Shown here piece after piece: positions 9,295 to 18,503 of a stretch of DNA of 32,000 nucleotides (positions are counted from its first letter, which is position 1; every line of letters starts with the position of its first letter). The translations under genes were made by a program, and so were the position numbers. The notes below the pieces were generated by a model. It saw only the letters and a list, made by a program, of their open reading frames with translations, was not told the DNA's origin and made no database searches. This DNA comes from Candidatus Altimarinota bacterium (GTDB lineage Bacteria; Patescibacteriota; Gracilibacteria; UBA1369), in NCBI GenBank assembly GCA_041659405.1, contig JBAZYK010000009.1, positions 47,107-79,106 on the forward strand, in the 5' to 3' direction.

Positions 9295-10659
9295 ATGCCC
9301 ACAAATCTCCAAACTCAGATCACTCAAAAACTTATCAAAGTCCAAAAAGCCAGCCGAAAATTGGCATCTTTAAGCGATTCTAAGGTCAATCAAATCCTAA
9401 AAGATTTAGCCAAAGAACTAAAACTTCAAACCAAAAACATTCTCGCAGCTAATCAAAAAGACCTTAAAAAAATGGAGCAAGCTTCCCCCACTTCCGGCAA
9501 AGAGTCTCTCAAAAACATAAACGCACAAAATCCTCAAGATCCAAAATACGACCGTCTAAAATTAACTGCGGAACGCATCAACGCAATTGCGGCAGACCTC
9601 CTCAACGTGGCAAAACTCCCCTCTCCTCTTCACAAAATCCTGGAAAAGAAAACTTTAAAAAATGGCCTGCAGCTAAGCAAAATCAGCGTTCCATTGGGAG
9701 TCATCGGCGTGATTTACGAGGCCCGCCCCAATGTGACAATTGACGTTTTTTCACTCTGTCTAAAATCCGGAAATGCCTGCATTCTTAAAGGCGGCAGCGA
9801 CGCGCAAAATTCCAACATCGCGCTTGCAAAAATCATTCAAAAAGTTTTAGAAAAAAACAATGTAGATCAAAATATAATTTATCTTCTGGGGGCCGATGGA
9901 AACTTAAATCACCAGGCTCAGCGCGAAGCTTTAAGCATAATTTTGCAGGCAACTTCTTATATTGATGTCATTATTCCGCGCGGTGGGCAAAGTTTAATTA
10001 AATTCGTGCGTGAAAATTCCAAAGTTCCGGTCATAGAAACCGGTGCCGGCATCGTCCATACTTTCTTTGATGAAAGCGGAAAACTCGAATACGGTCGCAA
10101 CATTATTCTCAACGCCAAAACTCGCCGGCCAAGTGTTTGTAACTCTCTTGATACGTTAATCATTCACGAAAAACGGCTCAAGGATCTGCCAAAATTAGTC
10201 GAACCTCTCCTGAAATATAATGTCGAAATTTTTGCAGATAAAAAAGCGCATGCGGTACTTGCCGCAAAAAATTCATCAAATCGCCACGCCTATAATTCCG
10301 CCCTTCTTCACCTTGCCACGCCGGAAGACTTTGGTCGTGAATTTCTTTCCCTAAAAATGTCGATCAAAACCGTTCGCAATCTTGATGAAGCGCTAGAGCA
10401 CATTCAAGAGTACAGCTCCAAACACAGTGAAGCAATCATCAGCGAAAATCCAAAAAATATTCAACGTTTCCTCAACGAAGTCGACGCCGCTTGTGTTTAC
10501 GCCAACGCACCAACATCATTCAGCGACGGCGGCCAATTTGGCATGGGCGCCGAAATCGGCATCTCCACCCAAAAACTCCACGCTCGCGGCCCCATGGCCC
10601 TGCCCGAACTCACCAGCTACAAATGGCTAGTCAAAGGCAAAGGACAGATTCGAACCTAG
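9295..10659 (+). CDS. proA: glutamate-5-semialdehyde dehydrogenase (gamma-glutamyl phosphate reductase)
   Basis: [75 protein letters not shown]; start set at [11 protein letters not shown] (9295), after the proC stop, rather than 9199. Confidence 0.96.
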   Translation: MPTNLQTQITQKLIKVQKASRKLASLSDSKVNQILKDLAKELKLQTKNILAANQKDLKKMEQASPTSGKESLKNINAQNPQDPKYDRLKLTAERINAIAADLLNVAKLPSPLHKILEKKTLKNGLQLSKISVPLGVIGVIYEARPNVTIDVFSLCLKSGNACILKGGSDAQNSNIALAKIIQKVLEKNNVDQNIIYLLGADGNLNHQAQREALSIILQATSYIDVIIPRGGQSLIKFVRENSKVPVIETGAGIVHTFFDESGKLEYGRNIILNAKTRRPSVCNSLDTLIIHEKRLKDLPKLVEPLLKYNVEIFADKKAHAVLAAKNSSNRHAYNSALLHLATPEDFGREFLSLKMSIKTVRNLDEALEHIQEYSSKHSEAIISENPKNIQRFLNEVDAACVYANAPTSFSDGGQFGMGAEIGISTQKLHARGPMALPELTSYKWLVKGKGQIRT

Positions 10660-10684
10660 GCAATAGAACTATGGTCTTCCAAGC

Positions 10685-11776
10685 CTACCTCTTCCCCTTC
10701 AAACTAGCTTCAATAAACCCGTCCAGCTCGCCATCTAAGACACTGCCGGTATCGTGTTCCTCGTGCTCCGTACGATGATCTTTTACCATGGTGTAAGGAT
10801 GCAAAACGTAAGACCTAACCTGATTTCCCCAGGAAGTTTCTACGCGTTCACCTTTAATCGCCGCAATTTCCGCCACCTGTTGTTTCTCCATTAAATCCAT
10901 CAGTTTCGCATTCAAAACTTTCATGGCGCGTTCCTTATTTTGCAGCTGCGAGCGCTCGTCCTGACAAGTAACCACAATGCCCGACGGAATATGAGTTATG
11001 CGCACCGCCGAAGAAGTTTTATTCACATTTTGACCACCCGCTCCACCGGATCTATATGTATCCACACGCAAATCATCTTTTTTAATTTCAGCCATATGTT
11101 CTTCCGGAATCTCCGGCAAAATTTCCACTTTAGCAAAAGACGTTTCACGTGAGTGCTTAGCGTTAAATGGCGATTGGCGCACCAGTCTGTGTACCCCATT
11201 TTCGCCCTTCAAATAGCCATAAGCCAGATATCCTGAAATCAACAAAGTTGCCGATTTTAAGCCAACTTCTTCCCCCATCGACTTATCAAAAATTTCCACC
11301 GACCAACCCTGCTTTTCCGCATAGCGCGTATACATGCGCAGCAACATCTCCGCCCAGTCATGGGCATCTTTGCCACCTGTCCCCGCGTGGATCGCTAAAA
11401 TCACATTATATTGATCGTATTTGCCATTTAAAAAGGTCGAGATCTCCAGTTTATGCCAATCTGCTTCCAAAGCCGCGACCATCTGCTTAAATTCCTCTCC
11501 ACTGGCCGCATCGTCCTCCACCCTAATCGTCGGCAACAAAGCAATAAGCTCGCCACAATCTTTTTGAATTTTTTCCCAGCGCTGAATTTCTTTTTGCAAA
11601 TCGCTCAATTCTTTACTGGTTTTTTGGGCACGTTCCTGATTATTCCAAAAGCCTTCCCCCTGCGTTAAAGTCATCAATTCGGCCACCCGCTTTTGCAAAT
11701 TTCCCAAGTCCACAGCCTTTAAAGCGTGATCAATCTCTTCGCGGATCGTTTCCAATTTTTGTTTATATTCGTGCAT
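10685..11776 (-). CDS. prfB: peptide chain release factor 2
   Basis: AGGQNVNKTSSAVRITHIPSGIVVTCQDERSQLQNK, RLVRQSPF, SYVLHPYTMVKDHRT; start at MHEYKQKLETI (11776) preferred over 11824. Confidence 0.95.
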   Translation of the reverse strand: MHEYKQKLETIREEIDHALKAVDLGNLQKRVAELMTLTQGEGFWNNQERAQKTSKELSDLQKEIQRWEKIQKDCGELIALLPTIRVEDDAASGEEFKQMVAALEADWHKLEISTFLNGKYDQYNVILAIHAGTGGKDAHDWAEMLLRMYTRYAEKQGWSVEIFDKSMGEEVGLKSATLLISGYLAYGYLKGENGVHRLVRQSPFNAKHSRETSFAKVEILPEIPEEHMAEIKKDDLRVDTYRSGGAGGQNVNKTSSAVRITHIPSGIVVTCQDERSQLQNKERAMKVLNAKLMDLMEKQQVAEIAAIKGERVETSWGNQVRSYVLHPYTMVKDHRTEHEEHDTGSVLDGELDGFIEASLKGKR

Positions 11777-11870
11777 AACGCGGCCCGAAGGGCTGCTTAT
11801 AAAAATAAAGTGGCGCCCCGCCAAGCCAAGGTGAATCCATCAGAAGCAGTTTAGCAAAAATTTACATTTT

Positions 11871-11896
11871 GTTCATCTCTAAAAATTAAGATGAAC
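11871..11896. promoter_or_regulatory. perfect inverted repeat upstream of HicA-like gene, operator candidate
   Basis: GTTCATCT-N10-AGATGAAC at 11871-11878/11889-11896, about 27 nt before the 11923 ATG. Confidence 0.5.
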
Positions 11897-11922
11897 TCAA
11901 CCGGATAATTTTTTCAACAACA

Positions 11923-12159
11923 ATGGGAATCAAAAAAAATCTAAAAAAGCTTTTGAAGGAGCCAACGGAAATGCGCATAGATGAACTCAAAAATGTGCTT
12001 TTGCATTTTGGTTTCATCTTAAAAAACATCAAAGGAAGCCATTATACATTCGCCCATCCACGTATTGATAAAATTACGGTTCCTGTCCATAATGGAAAAG
12101 CCAAAAAAAGATATTTAGAAATCATCAAAAATCATTTGATAAATAATAAACTGATTTAA
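11923..12159 (+). CDS. HicA-family toxin-like protein
   Basis: 78 aa; MRIDELKNVLLHFGFILKNIKGSHYTFAHPRIDKITVPVH resembles the HicA dsRBD-like fold motif (GSHxxFxHP...ITVP.H). Confidence 0.75.
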   Translation: MGIKKNLKKLLKEPTEMRIDELKNVLLHFGFILKNIKGSHYTFAHPRIDKITVPVHNGKAKKRYLEIIKNHLINNKLI

Positions 12160-12161
12160 CA

Positions 12162-12584
12162 ATGAAAAAATACGAATTTTCCATAACTGATTTAAGTCAC
12201 GATCCTAAGGATCCGGCCTTTGAAATTGATTTGATCAAACCTGACGGAGGTATAATCATGGGTGACGATTATAAAGAGCTTTCCAATGGTTTAGACTGCT
12301 GCCTGGAATGCGAAAAACATTTTCGCCCTAAAAATCGCAAAAGTATTAAAGCGGTTCATTATATTATTGAAAAAGTTGGCAAGCCCGCAGCAAAACATTA
12401 TCAGGCCAGTATCCCATTATTAAACGATAGCATTGTTTCCGCTGATTCTTTGGGGGAAATCGAAGAAGGCCTCAAAGCTCTTTTGTACTACGAAAAAATT
12501 TCCTACGAAAAATTAATCGGTTGCGAAATTATCAAAACTCAAAACTCTCAAACTGCAGCTAAGAAGAAAGAAAAAGTCCGTTGA
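12162..12584 (+). CDS. hypothetical protein, candidate partner/antitoxin of HicA-like gene
   Basis: 140 aa ORF starting 2 nt after the toxin-like stop; only weakly HicB-like. Confidence 0.7.
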   Translation: MKKYEFSITDLSHDPKDPAFEIDLIKPDGGIIMGDDYKELSNGLDCCLECEKHFRPKNRKSIKAVHYIIEKVGKPAAKHYQASIPLLNDSIVSADSLGEIEEGLKALLYYEKISYEKLIGCEIIKTQNSQTAAKKKEKVR

Positions 12585-12670
12585 TCAACATCCTTGACGA
12601 TGCAAATATTTAACGCTGGTATCTTCCCCCAAGCTTCGGTAAACTGTTGGAGCTTTAAAGTTCTTTTGGC

Positions 12671-14266
12671 ATGTCTGAATCAAAATCCATAGCCGGCTCC
12701 CCTTCCAATCTTCCCGCACAGTCAGGTAACACCGCGCGCAGAATTTTGTGGAACACCGTTTCGCAAATTATCGGTAAAGCCATCATCATGGTGCTGGGCA
12801 TTATCGTGGTAAAAATGGCCACCAATTACCTTGGCAAAAGTGGTTATGGTGAATATGCCACAGCCTTTGAATATCTGGCCTTTTTTGGAATTGTCGCTGA
12901 TTTGGGGCTTTACACCGTGGGTATCCGTGAAATGTCCAAAGACGAAACAAAAATTCCCATGATCATTGGGAATGTTCTAACTATACGCACGGTTGTGGCT
13001 TTTTTAATGATTGGTGCCGCCATCATTGGCACTTTTTTTATTCCCCAATATCAAAATACCAGAATTCCTATCGCCGTTATTATCGCAGGGGTAGCCACAA
13101 TTTTTAATCTGATCACCTCCACGATTTCTTCGGTTTTGCAGGTCCACCTAAAAATGGAATATAGCTCTTTTGCCTCTGTCGTGGGCAAAATAGTCAATGT
13201 TGGTTACATGGCTTTTGTTATCTACATACTTCACGCCACCGACAAAGTTGAAGGCCTTTACCAAATGGTGTGGGCGGGCGCAATCGGCAACGCCATCATG
13301 CTTGTCATTACTTATCATTACTCCTCCAAACTCGCCAAAATTCGTTATCGTTTCGATAAAGAGTTTTTCACGGATGTGATTATGAAGGCACTTCCCTATG
13401 GTATTGCGCTGATTTTAAATACCATTTATTTCCGTATCGGCTCGATTTTGCTTTCGTTGATGAAGTCCACCGACGACGTCAGTATTTATCGTGTCCCAAT
13501 GACCATGATTGAAACGGTTGGCATCCTGCCGCTATATTTCATGAATTCAGTTTTGCCGTTTTTAACCAGATCCATCGCCCGCAAAGATGGCAAGCACGGC
13601 AAAATGATTCAATATTGTTTTGATTTTCTGGTGATGGGTAGCGCCCCGATAGTTGTTGGCACCGTAGTTTTGGCTTATCCACTCATTTCTTTGATTAGCA
13701 GCCCGGAATTTTTGAGCAATCTCCCCGCCGGATTTTATGGTTCCGACATAGTTTTGCAGATCCTGATTTTTGCTCTGGCTTTCTCTTTCATAAATAGTTT
13801 ATTTGGCTTTATTTTAGTTGCCGATAACCGCCAGGTGGCTATTCTTAAACGAAATCTGATTGGTGCAATTTTTACTTTTATTCTCGATTTTATTTTTATT
13901 CCTTACTTTGGAGTTAGAGCCGCCGCCTTTAGCAATGTTTTAACTGAATTTTATGTGGCCGTGGCTTCATACATGATTGCCAGACATTATCTAAAATTTA
14001 AAATCGAACTTAAAAACGCGCTAAAGGCCACCGCCTGCGCAATTATAATGGGTATCGTTGTTTCATATTCTCACAATTTACTTTATCCGATTTTTCAAAA
14101 TAAGAGCCTGATAATCACAGTTGCGATCGGCGGGATCGTCTATTTCGGCCTACTTTTCCTCACCAAAACCATCACCAACGAAATGCTTAACATGGTCAGA
14201 AAACGCAAACCGATCCCGGAATTAACCCAATCGGAAACAGGCGAATCCATGGATACGCCACAGTAA
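12671..14266 (+). CDS. oligosaccharide flippase family / polysaccharide biosynthesis membrane protein (Wzx-like)
   Basis: 531 aa, multiple TM segments; N-terminal RRILWNTVSQIIGKAIIMVLGIIVVKMATNYLGKSGYGEYATAFEYLAFFGIVADLGLYTVGIREMSKD is typical of the family. Confidence 0.92.
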   Translation: MSESKSIAGSPSNLPAQSGNTARRILWNTVSQIIGKAIIMVLGIIVVKMATNYLGKSGYGEYATAFEYLAFFGIVADLGLYTVGIREMSKDETKIPMIIGNVLTIRTVVAFLMIGAAIIGTFFIPQYQNTRIPIAVIIAGVATIFNLITSTISSVLQVHLKMEYSSFASVVGKIVNVGYMAFVIYILHATDKVEGLYQMVWAGAIGNAIMLVITYHYSSKLAKIRYRFDKEFFTDVIMKALPYGIALILNTIYFRIGSILLSLMKSTDDVSIYRVPMTMIETVGILPLYFMNSVLPFLTRSIARKDGKHGKMIQYCFDFLVMGSAPIVVGTVVLAYPLISLISSPEFLSNLPAGFYGSDIVLQILIFALAFSFINSLFGFILVADNRQVAILKRNLIGAIFTFILDFIFIPYFGVRAAAFSNVLTEFYVAVASYMIARHYLKFKIELKNALKATACAIIMGIVVSYSHNLLYPIFQNKSLIITVAIGGIVYFGLLFLTKTITNEMLNMVRKRKPIPELTQSETGESMDTPQ

Positions 14267-14300
14267 TTTGGAAACATGCACGAAGCGAGTTCGCCAAATT

Positions 14301-15740
14301 CTATCGTGCAATTTTTTTCACCAGCTCCTTAAATTGCTCTCCGCGTTGTTTGTAGTTTTTAAATTGATCAAAGCTCGCCGCAGCCGGTGACATTACCACC
14401 ACATCGCCGAAAACCGCATTCTCCCGCGCCTTCATTAAGGCCTCTTCCAGATTTTTGCAACGATAAACCGCCAATGGAGAATGGCGAATTTCGGCAGATT
14501 CATGCCCTGATTTGCCAATTTCACTCGCCGCCAAATTCAGCGCTTCTTCCATTTTTGGCGCAGTTTGTCCCATCAATAAAACCATTTTAAGTCGTGGATT
14601 TTTTTGGAGTTCGATCCCCCACTCTTTGTAATCTGCAAATTTTTCCGATCCACCGGCAATCAAAATTACCGGATTCTTAAAGGCATAACTCGCCGCCACA
14701 GAAGTGTCGGGAGTAGTCGAAAACGAATCATTATAATATTTCACGCCATCAATTTCTTTGGCAAATTCAAGCCGATGTGGCAGTCCGGCAAACGAATACA
14801 GTACCTTTTGGATAGCCGAAATCGGCACATTTAAACTTCGGGCCACACACACCGCCGGCAAAACATTTTCCAAGTGATGTGCCCCAATTAAAGCCACTTT
14901 CCCGACCTCACCAACAATTTGCAATTCAGCCAACTCCGAATCCTCACTCGCCGGCACAAACACAATTTCGCCTTCCTCCACATACGCCCCGGCCTCAACC
15001 GGATTTCTTGTACTTACCGTCAATTTTCGGGCAGGAGTTTGATCCGCATATTGTTCAAAATCGTCATAATCTTCATTGAAAATCGCCAGATTATTCGGCT
15101 CCTGAAAGCGCACAGTCGCACTTTTCGCCGCTCTGTATTCTTCCACATTTTTATGATAATCCAGATGATCCGAAGTCACCCGCAAAACAACCGCAATTTG
15201 CGGACTGATCCTTAAATCCTGCAGTTGAAAACTCGACATTTCCAAAACAGCGATCGAATTTTCCTGCATTTCATCTAAAAATTCCAAGGGCGATTGGCCA
15301 ATGTTCCCGCCCAAATAAACACTATAGCCGGCCTCTTTTAACATCAAAGTAATCAAAGTTGAGGTCGTCCCCTTGCCCTTTGTACCGGTAACTCCAATCA
15401 TTAAATACGGACAATTTTCCATGAAATATTGAGTCGTGCTGGTCACTGTAACCGCATCAGTTCTCTTCATTTTTCGCAAAGCCGCCTTAACTTTTTCAAT
15501 ATGGATCCCCGGACTTCGCACCAAAACATCGCATATTGCAGCCTTTTCCAGATAATCCGCTCCACCATAAACCCGCACCCCCAGCGGTAAATCCGCCAAG
15601 GATTCAGCCAAAACAGCATCATCAGTTTCACGCTGATCAAACAAAATTATCTCATTCAGGCAGTGTTTTTTAAAATACTTGGCAGCCGCAAGTCCTTCAA
15701 CCCCCGCCCCAATTATCGCTATTTTTGAATCAGTATTCAC
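14301..15740 (-). CDS. murD: UDP-N-acetylmuramoyl-L-alanine--D-glutamate ligase
   Basis: 479 aa; IGVTGTKGKGTTSTLI, LGGNIG, LEMSSFQLQ, LRVTSDHLDYH, GLPHRLEFAKEIDGVKYYNDSFSTTP, LIAGGSEK, VVMSPAAASFDQFKNYKQRGEQFK. Confidence 0.96.
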   Translation of the reverse strand: MNTDSKIAIIGAGVEGLAAAKYFKKHCLNEIILFDQRETDDAVLAESLADLPLGVRVYGGADYLEKAAICDVLVRSPGIHIEKVKAALRKMKRTDAVTVTSTTQYFMENCPYLMIGVTGTKGKGTTSTLITLMLKEAGYSVYLGGNIGQSPLEFLDEMQENSIAVLEMSSFQLQDLRISPQIAVVLRVTSDHLDYHKNVEEYRAAKSATVRFQEPNNLAIFNEDYDDFEQYADQTPARKLTVSTRNPVEAGAYVEEGEIVFVPASEDSELAELQIVGEVGKVALIGAHHLENVLPAVCVARSLNVPISAIQKVLYSFAGLPHRLEFAKEIDGVKYYNDSFSTTPDTSVAASYAFKNPVILIAGGSEKFADYKEWGIELQKNPRLKMVLLMGQTAPKMEEALNLAASEIGKSGHESAEIRHSPLAVYRCKNLEEALMKARENAVFGDVVVMSPAAASFDQFKNYKQRGEQFKELVKKIAR

Positions 15741-15876
15741 CGGTAAAGATTAATTTTAAATCTGTGCACGTGCACACAACTCTGCCACTTTTTGAGAACT
15801 ATGTCAAAAAAGCCGACTACTTCCCGGTTTATCAAAGTTTTCGCAGGGAATGGCGTTTTGGCGACATATGCGAAAT

Positions 15877-15906
15877 TTGCATAATCCCCAAAAAACGTGC
15901 TATGAT
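15877..15906 (+). promoter_or_regulatory. putative promoter of rnj
   Basis: TTGCAT, 18-nt spacer, TATGAT. Confidence 0.45.
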
Positions 15907-16001
15907 TAAACGAATTCAACTTATCCGAGCGCGGCGCCGTCGGATGAGAGGCTAACAAGCCCTCCGCATTGCGGGGCCAAAATATTCTCTAATTTCATTT
16001 A

Positions 16002-18392
16002 ATGAATCAAGAACCAAACGGGAAGCCAAGTGAAGATAAACTCGATCGATGGATCGAAGAAACTCTCCATGAGGGCGTTCCAAAAAAAGAAGATAAGTTC
16101 GTGCATGAGAGCTTACCCCAACAACCAAAACCTCAAAACAAACCTGACGCGGTACCGGCAAAGCCACTAGCTGGCCAACCAGTTCCACCATCTGGCTATC
16201 AAAAGCCACAAATCGCGCATAAACCCGGGCAAGGCGCGAATACTTCAAGGCCAGGAGGCCCCGGCCCAAGACCTACGGGTCCAAGACCCGGTAAATTTAG
16301 TAATGCCGCTGGTCGTCATTCTACCGGCCCAAGAAGGCCAATTCACGGTCAACAAAACGTTCCACCGGCTCACGGCCGCCATTTTGCGCAACCTGCCGGC
16401 CAACCAATTGCGCCTGCTACCAAATCCAATCAATTTCAATTACAGCAACAGTCACAGGCTAAACCACAAGCCAAGAAGCCATTTTTTAAAGGCTTTTTCA
16501 ATCGTGGTCAAAAAAACGTACCTGCTCAAGCGCCGGCTACGCAAACTCCTGCGCAATCGCTTGCTCAGCCACCTATTCAAACTCGTGCACAATCACCTGT
16601 TGTTCAAACCCCAACTCAAACTATGTCGTACCCAACCAATTTTGAAAAAAACGCTCCGGTAGCTCCTATAGTAAAAGGCCAACCAATCCAATATCGCGGT
16701 GTACTGCGCCTAATTCCGCTTGGCGGTCTTGATGAAGTCGGTAAAAACTGTATGGCCGTGGAATATGCCACCAGTCAGCAAGCCCTTAAAGAAGGCCAAT
16801 CCGAGATCATCATTATCGACATTGGTTTCCAATTTCCGGAAGAAGATATGCTTGGTATCGATTACGTGATTCCTGATGTTTCTTATCTGGAAGACAAAAT
16901 CGACCGCATTCGTGGAGTTTTATTAACTCATGGTCATCTTGATCATATTGGCGCGATTCCTTATATAATCCCAAAACTAAACTTCCCAATGATGTTTGGA
17001 ACACGCCTTACTATGGGCCTTGTTGATAAACGTTTGGAAGAGTTTGGGTTAGAAAAACAGGCTAAGACCCGCATTGTTACCACTGAAGACACTCTTCAAC
17101 TTGGGCCGTTCAATGTCAGCTTTTTCCCTGTAAATCACAGTATTCCGGACGCTATGGGAATCGTAGTAAAAACTCCGGCGGGTAATATTGCCCACACCGG
17201 TGATTTTAAATTCGATTTCACCCCTTCCGGCGATCAAAAACCGGCAGATTTTGCCCGCATTGCGAGCCTTGCATCTCAGGATATTGCCGCTCTTTTTATT
17301 GATTCAACCAATGCTTTAAAGCCCGGATACACGGTTTCCGAAAAGAAAATTGGTGAGTCGCTTGAGCACATTATTAAAAGTATTGAAGGCCGCGTTCTGA
17401 TCGCTTCTTTTGCCTCCCAAATTGGACGCATGCAGCAGATCATCGACTATTGCGAAAAATATCATCGTAAAATTTACCTAAGTGGCCGCAGTCTTATCGA
17501 TAACGTTTTCATGGCTCAAAAACTTGGCTATCTACGTGTGCCAACCGGCCTTGTCCACGACATTCGCAAGACTCACAAACTTCCTGATACACACGTCGTA
17601 ATTTTAACTACGGGTAGTCAGGGCGAATCCGTTTCTGCGCTTACCCGCATGGCTTTGGAAGATCACCCAAGTATCAAAATTAAAAAAGGTGATACGGTTG
17701 TGCTTTCTTCTTCCCCAATTCCGGGCAACGAACGCGCAATTTCCACAGTAATGAACAATCTTTCCCGCCTTGGCGCCAAGATTATCAACAACCAAATTAT
17801 GGATGTTCACACGTCCGGACATGCGCAGCAGGAAGACCTAAAACTAATGATGTCACTTGTAAAGGCAAAGGCGGTTGTACCGGTCCATGGTGAGTTTTTT
17901 ATGCGCCTTGGAAATCGCGATCTTGCCGCATCACTCGGCTACAAAGAACAAGATACCATTATGGTTGAAAACGGCGGCGTGATCGAAGTTGAAAATGGTC
18001 GTGCCCGCGCAACCGGTGAAACGGTTGAAACCAACTACATTATGGTTGATGGCTTGGGAGTCGGCGACATTGGCGCGCAAGTGATGATGGACCGTCAAAC
18101 TCTTGCCGAAAACGGCGTACTGATCATTATGATTCCAATTGATAAGCAAACCGGCAAGCTCAAAGGCGAAATCGACGTGATCTCCCGTGGCTTTATCTAC
18201 ATGAAAGAATCCGAGATGCTCATTGCCGAAATCAAGGAAATCTCCCGCAAATCCTACCAGAATATTCTTGAAAAACGCAAAGACTTAAAGCGCGGCGACA
18301 TCAAGAAATACATTACGGAAAGCGTGGACAAATTCGTCCACCAAAAGATCGAACGTCACCCGCTGGTATTGCCCGTGGTAACGGAAGTTTAG
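16002..18392 (+). CDS. rnj: ribonuclease J (MBL-fold/beta-CASP) with long Gln/Pro-rich N-terminal extension
   Basis: Core begins near GVLRLIPLGGLDEVGKNC; LLTHGHLDHIGAIPY, NHSIPDAMGIVVKTPAGNIAHTGDFKFD, VHTSGHAQQEDLKLM, VPVHGE. Confidence 0.93.
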   Translation: MNQEPNGKPSEDKLDRWIEETLHEGVPKKEDKFVHESLPQQPKPQNKPDAVPAKPLAGQPVPPSGYQKPQIAHKPGQGANTSRPGGPGPRPTGPRPGKFSNAAGRHSTGPRRPIHGQQNVPPAHGRHFAQPAGQPIAPATKSNQFQLQQQSQAKPQAKKPFFKGFFNRGQKNVPAQAPATQTPAQSLAQPPIQTRAQSPVVQTPTQTMSYPTNFEKNAPVAPIVKGQPIQYRGVLRLIPLGGLDEVGKNCMAVEYATSQQALKEGQSEIIIIDIGFQFPEEDMLGIDYVIPDVSYLEDKIDRIRGVLLTHGHLDHIGAIPYIIPKLNFPMMFGTRLTMGLVDKRLEEFGLEKQAKTRIVTTEDTLQLGPFNVSFFPVNHSIPDAMGIVVKTPAGNIAHTGDFKFDFTPSGDQKPADFARIASLASQDIAALFIDSTNALKPGYTVSEKKIGESLEHIIKSIEGRVLIASFASQIGRMQQIIDYCEKYHRKIYLSGRSLIDNVFMAQKLGYLRVPTGLVHDIRKTHKLPDTHVVILTTGSQGESVSALTRMALEDHPSIKIKKGDTVVLSSSPIPGNERAISTVMNNLSRLGAKIINNQIMDVHTSGHAQQEDLKLMMSLVKAKAVVPVHGEFFMRLGNRDLAASLGYKEQDTIMVENGGVIEVENGRARATGETVETNYIMVDGLGVGDIGAQVMMDRQTLAENGVLIIMIPIDKQTGKLKGEIDVISRGFIYMKESEMLIAEIKEISRKSYQNILEKRKDLKRGDIKKYITESVDKFVHQKIERHPLVLPVVTEV

Positions 18393-18430
18393 TATAAGCA
18401 AAAAGGTCTAAACAGTTCATATTCACACAA

Positions 18431-18459
18431 AAAAGGCCCCGCCTTGGCGGGGCCTTTTT
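18431..18459 (+). terminator. intrinsic terminator after rnj (A tract on the other side suggests it may be bidirectional)
   Basis: AAAAGGCCCCGCCTTGGCGGGGCCTTTTT: GC-rich hairpin plus T tract. Confidence 0.9.
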
Positions 18460-18503
18460 ATATAATCTAATTATTTCCCGGATTCACTACCTTCTGAAGT
18501 ATC

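Noticed and set aside
10685-11152. 70-aa plus-strand ORF and others antisense to prfB
   Set aside because: Antisense ORFs in a well-supported conserved gene; composition unlike coding sequence here.
14387-15215. Several plus-strand ORFs within murD
   Set aside because: Shadow ORFs opposite strongly supported murD.
15737-15958. 72-73-aa minus-strand ORF upstream of murD
   Set aside because: Overlaps the rnj promoter and leader region, composition not protein-like; better explained as intergenic.
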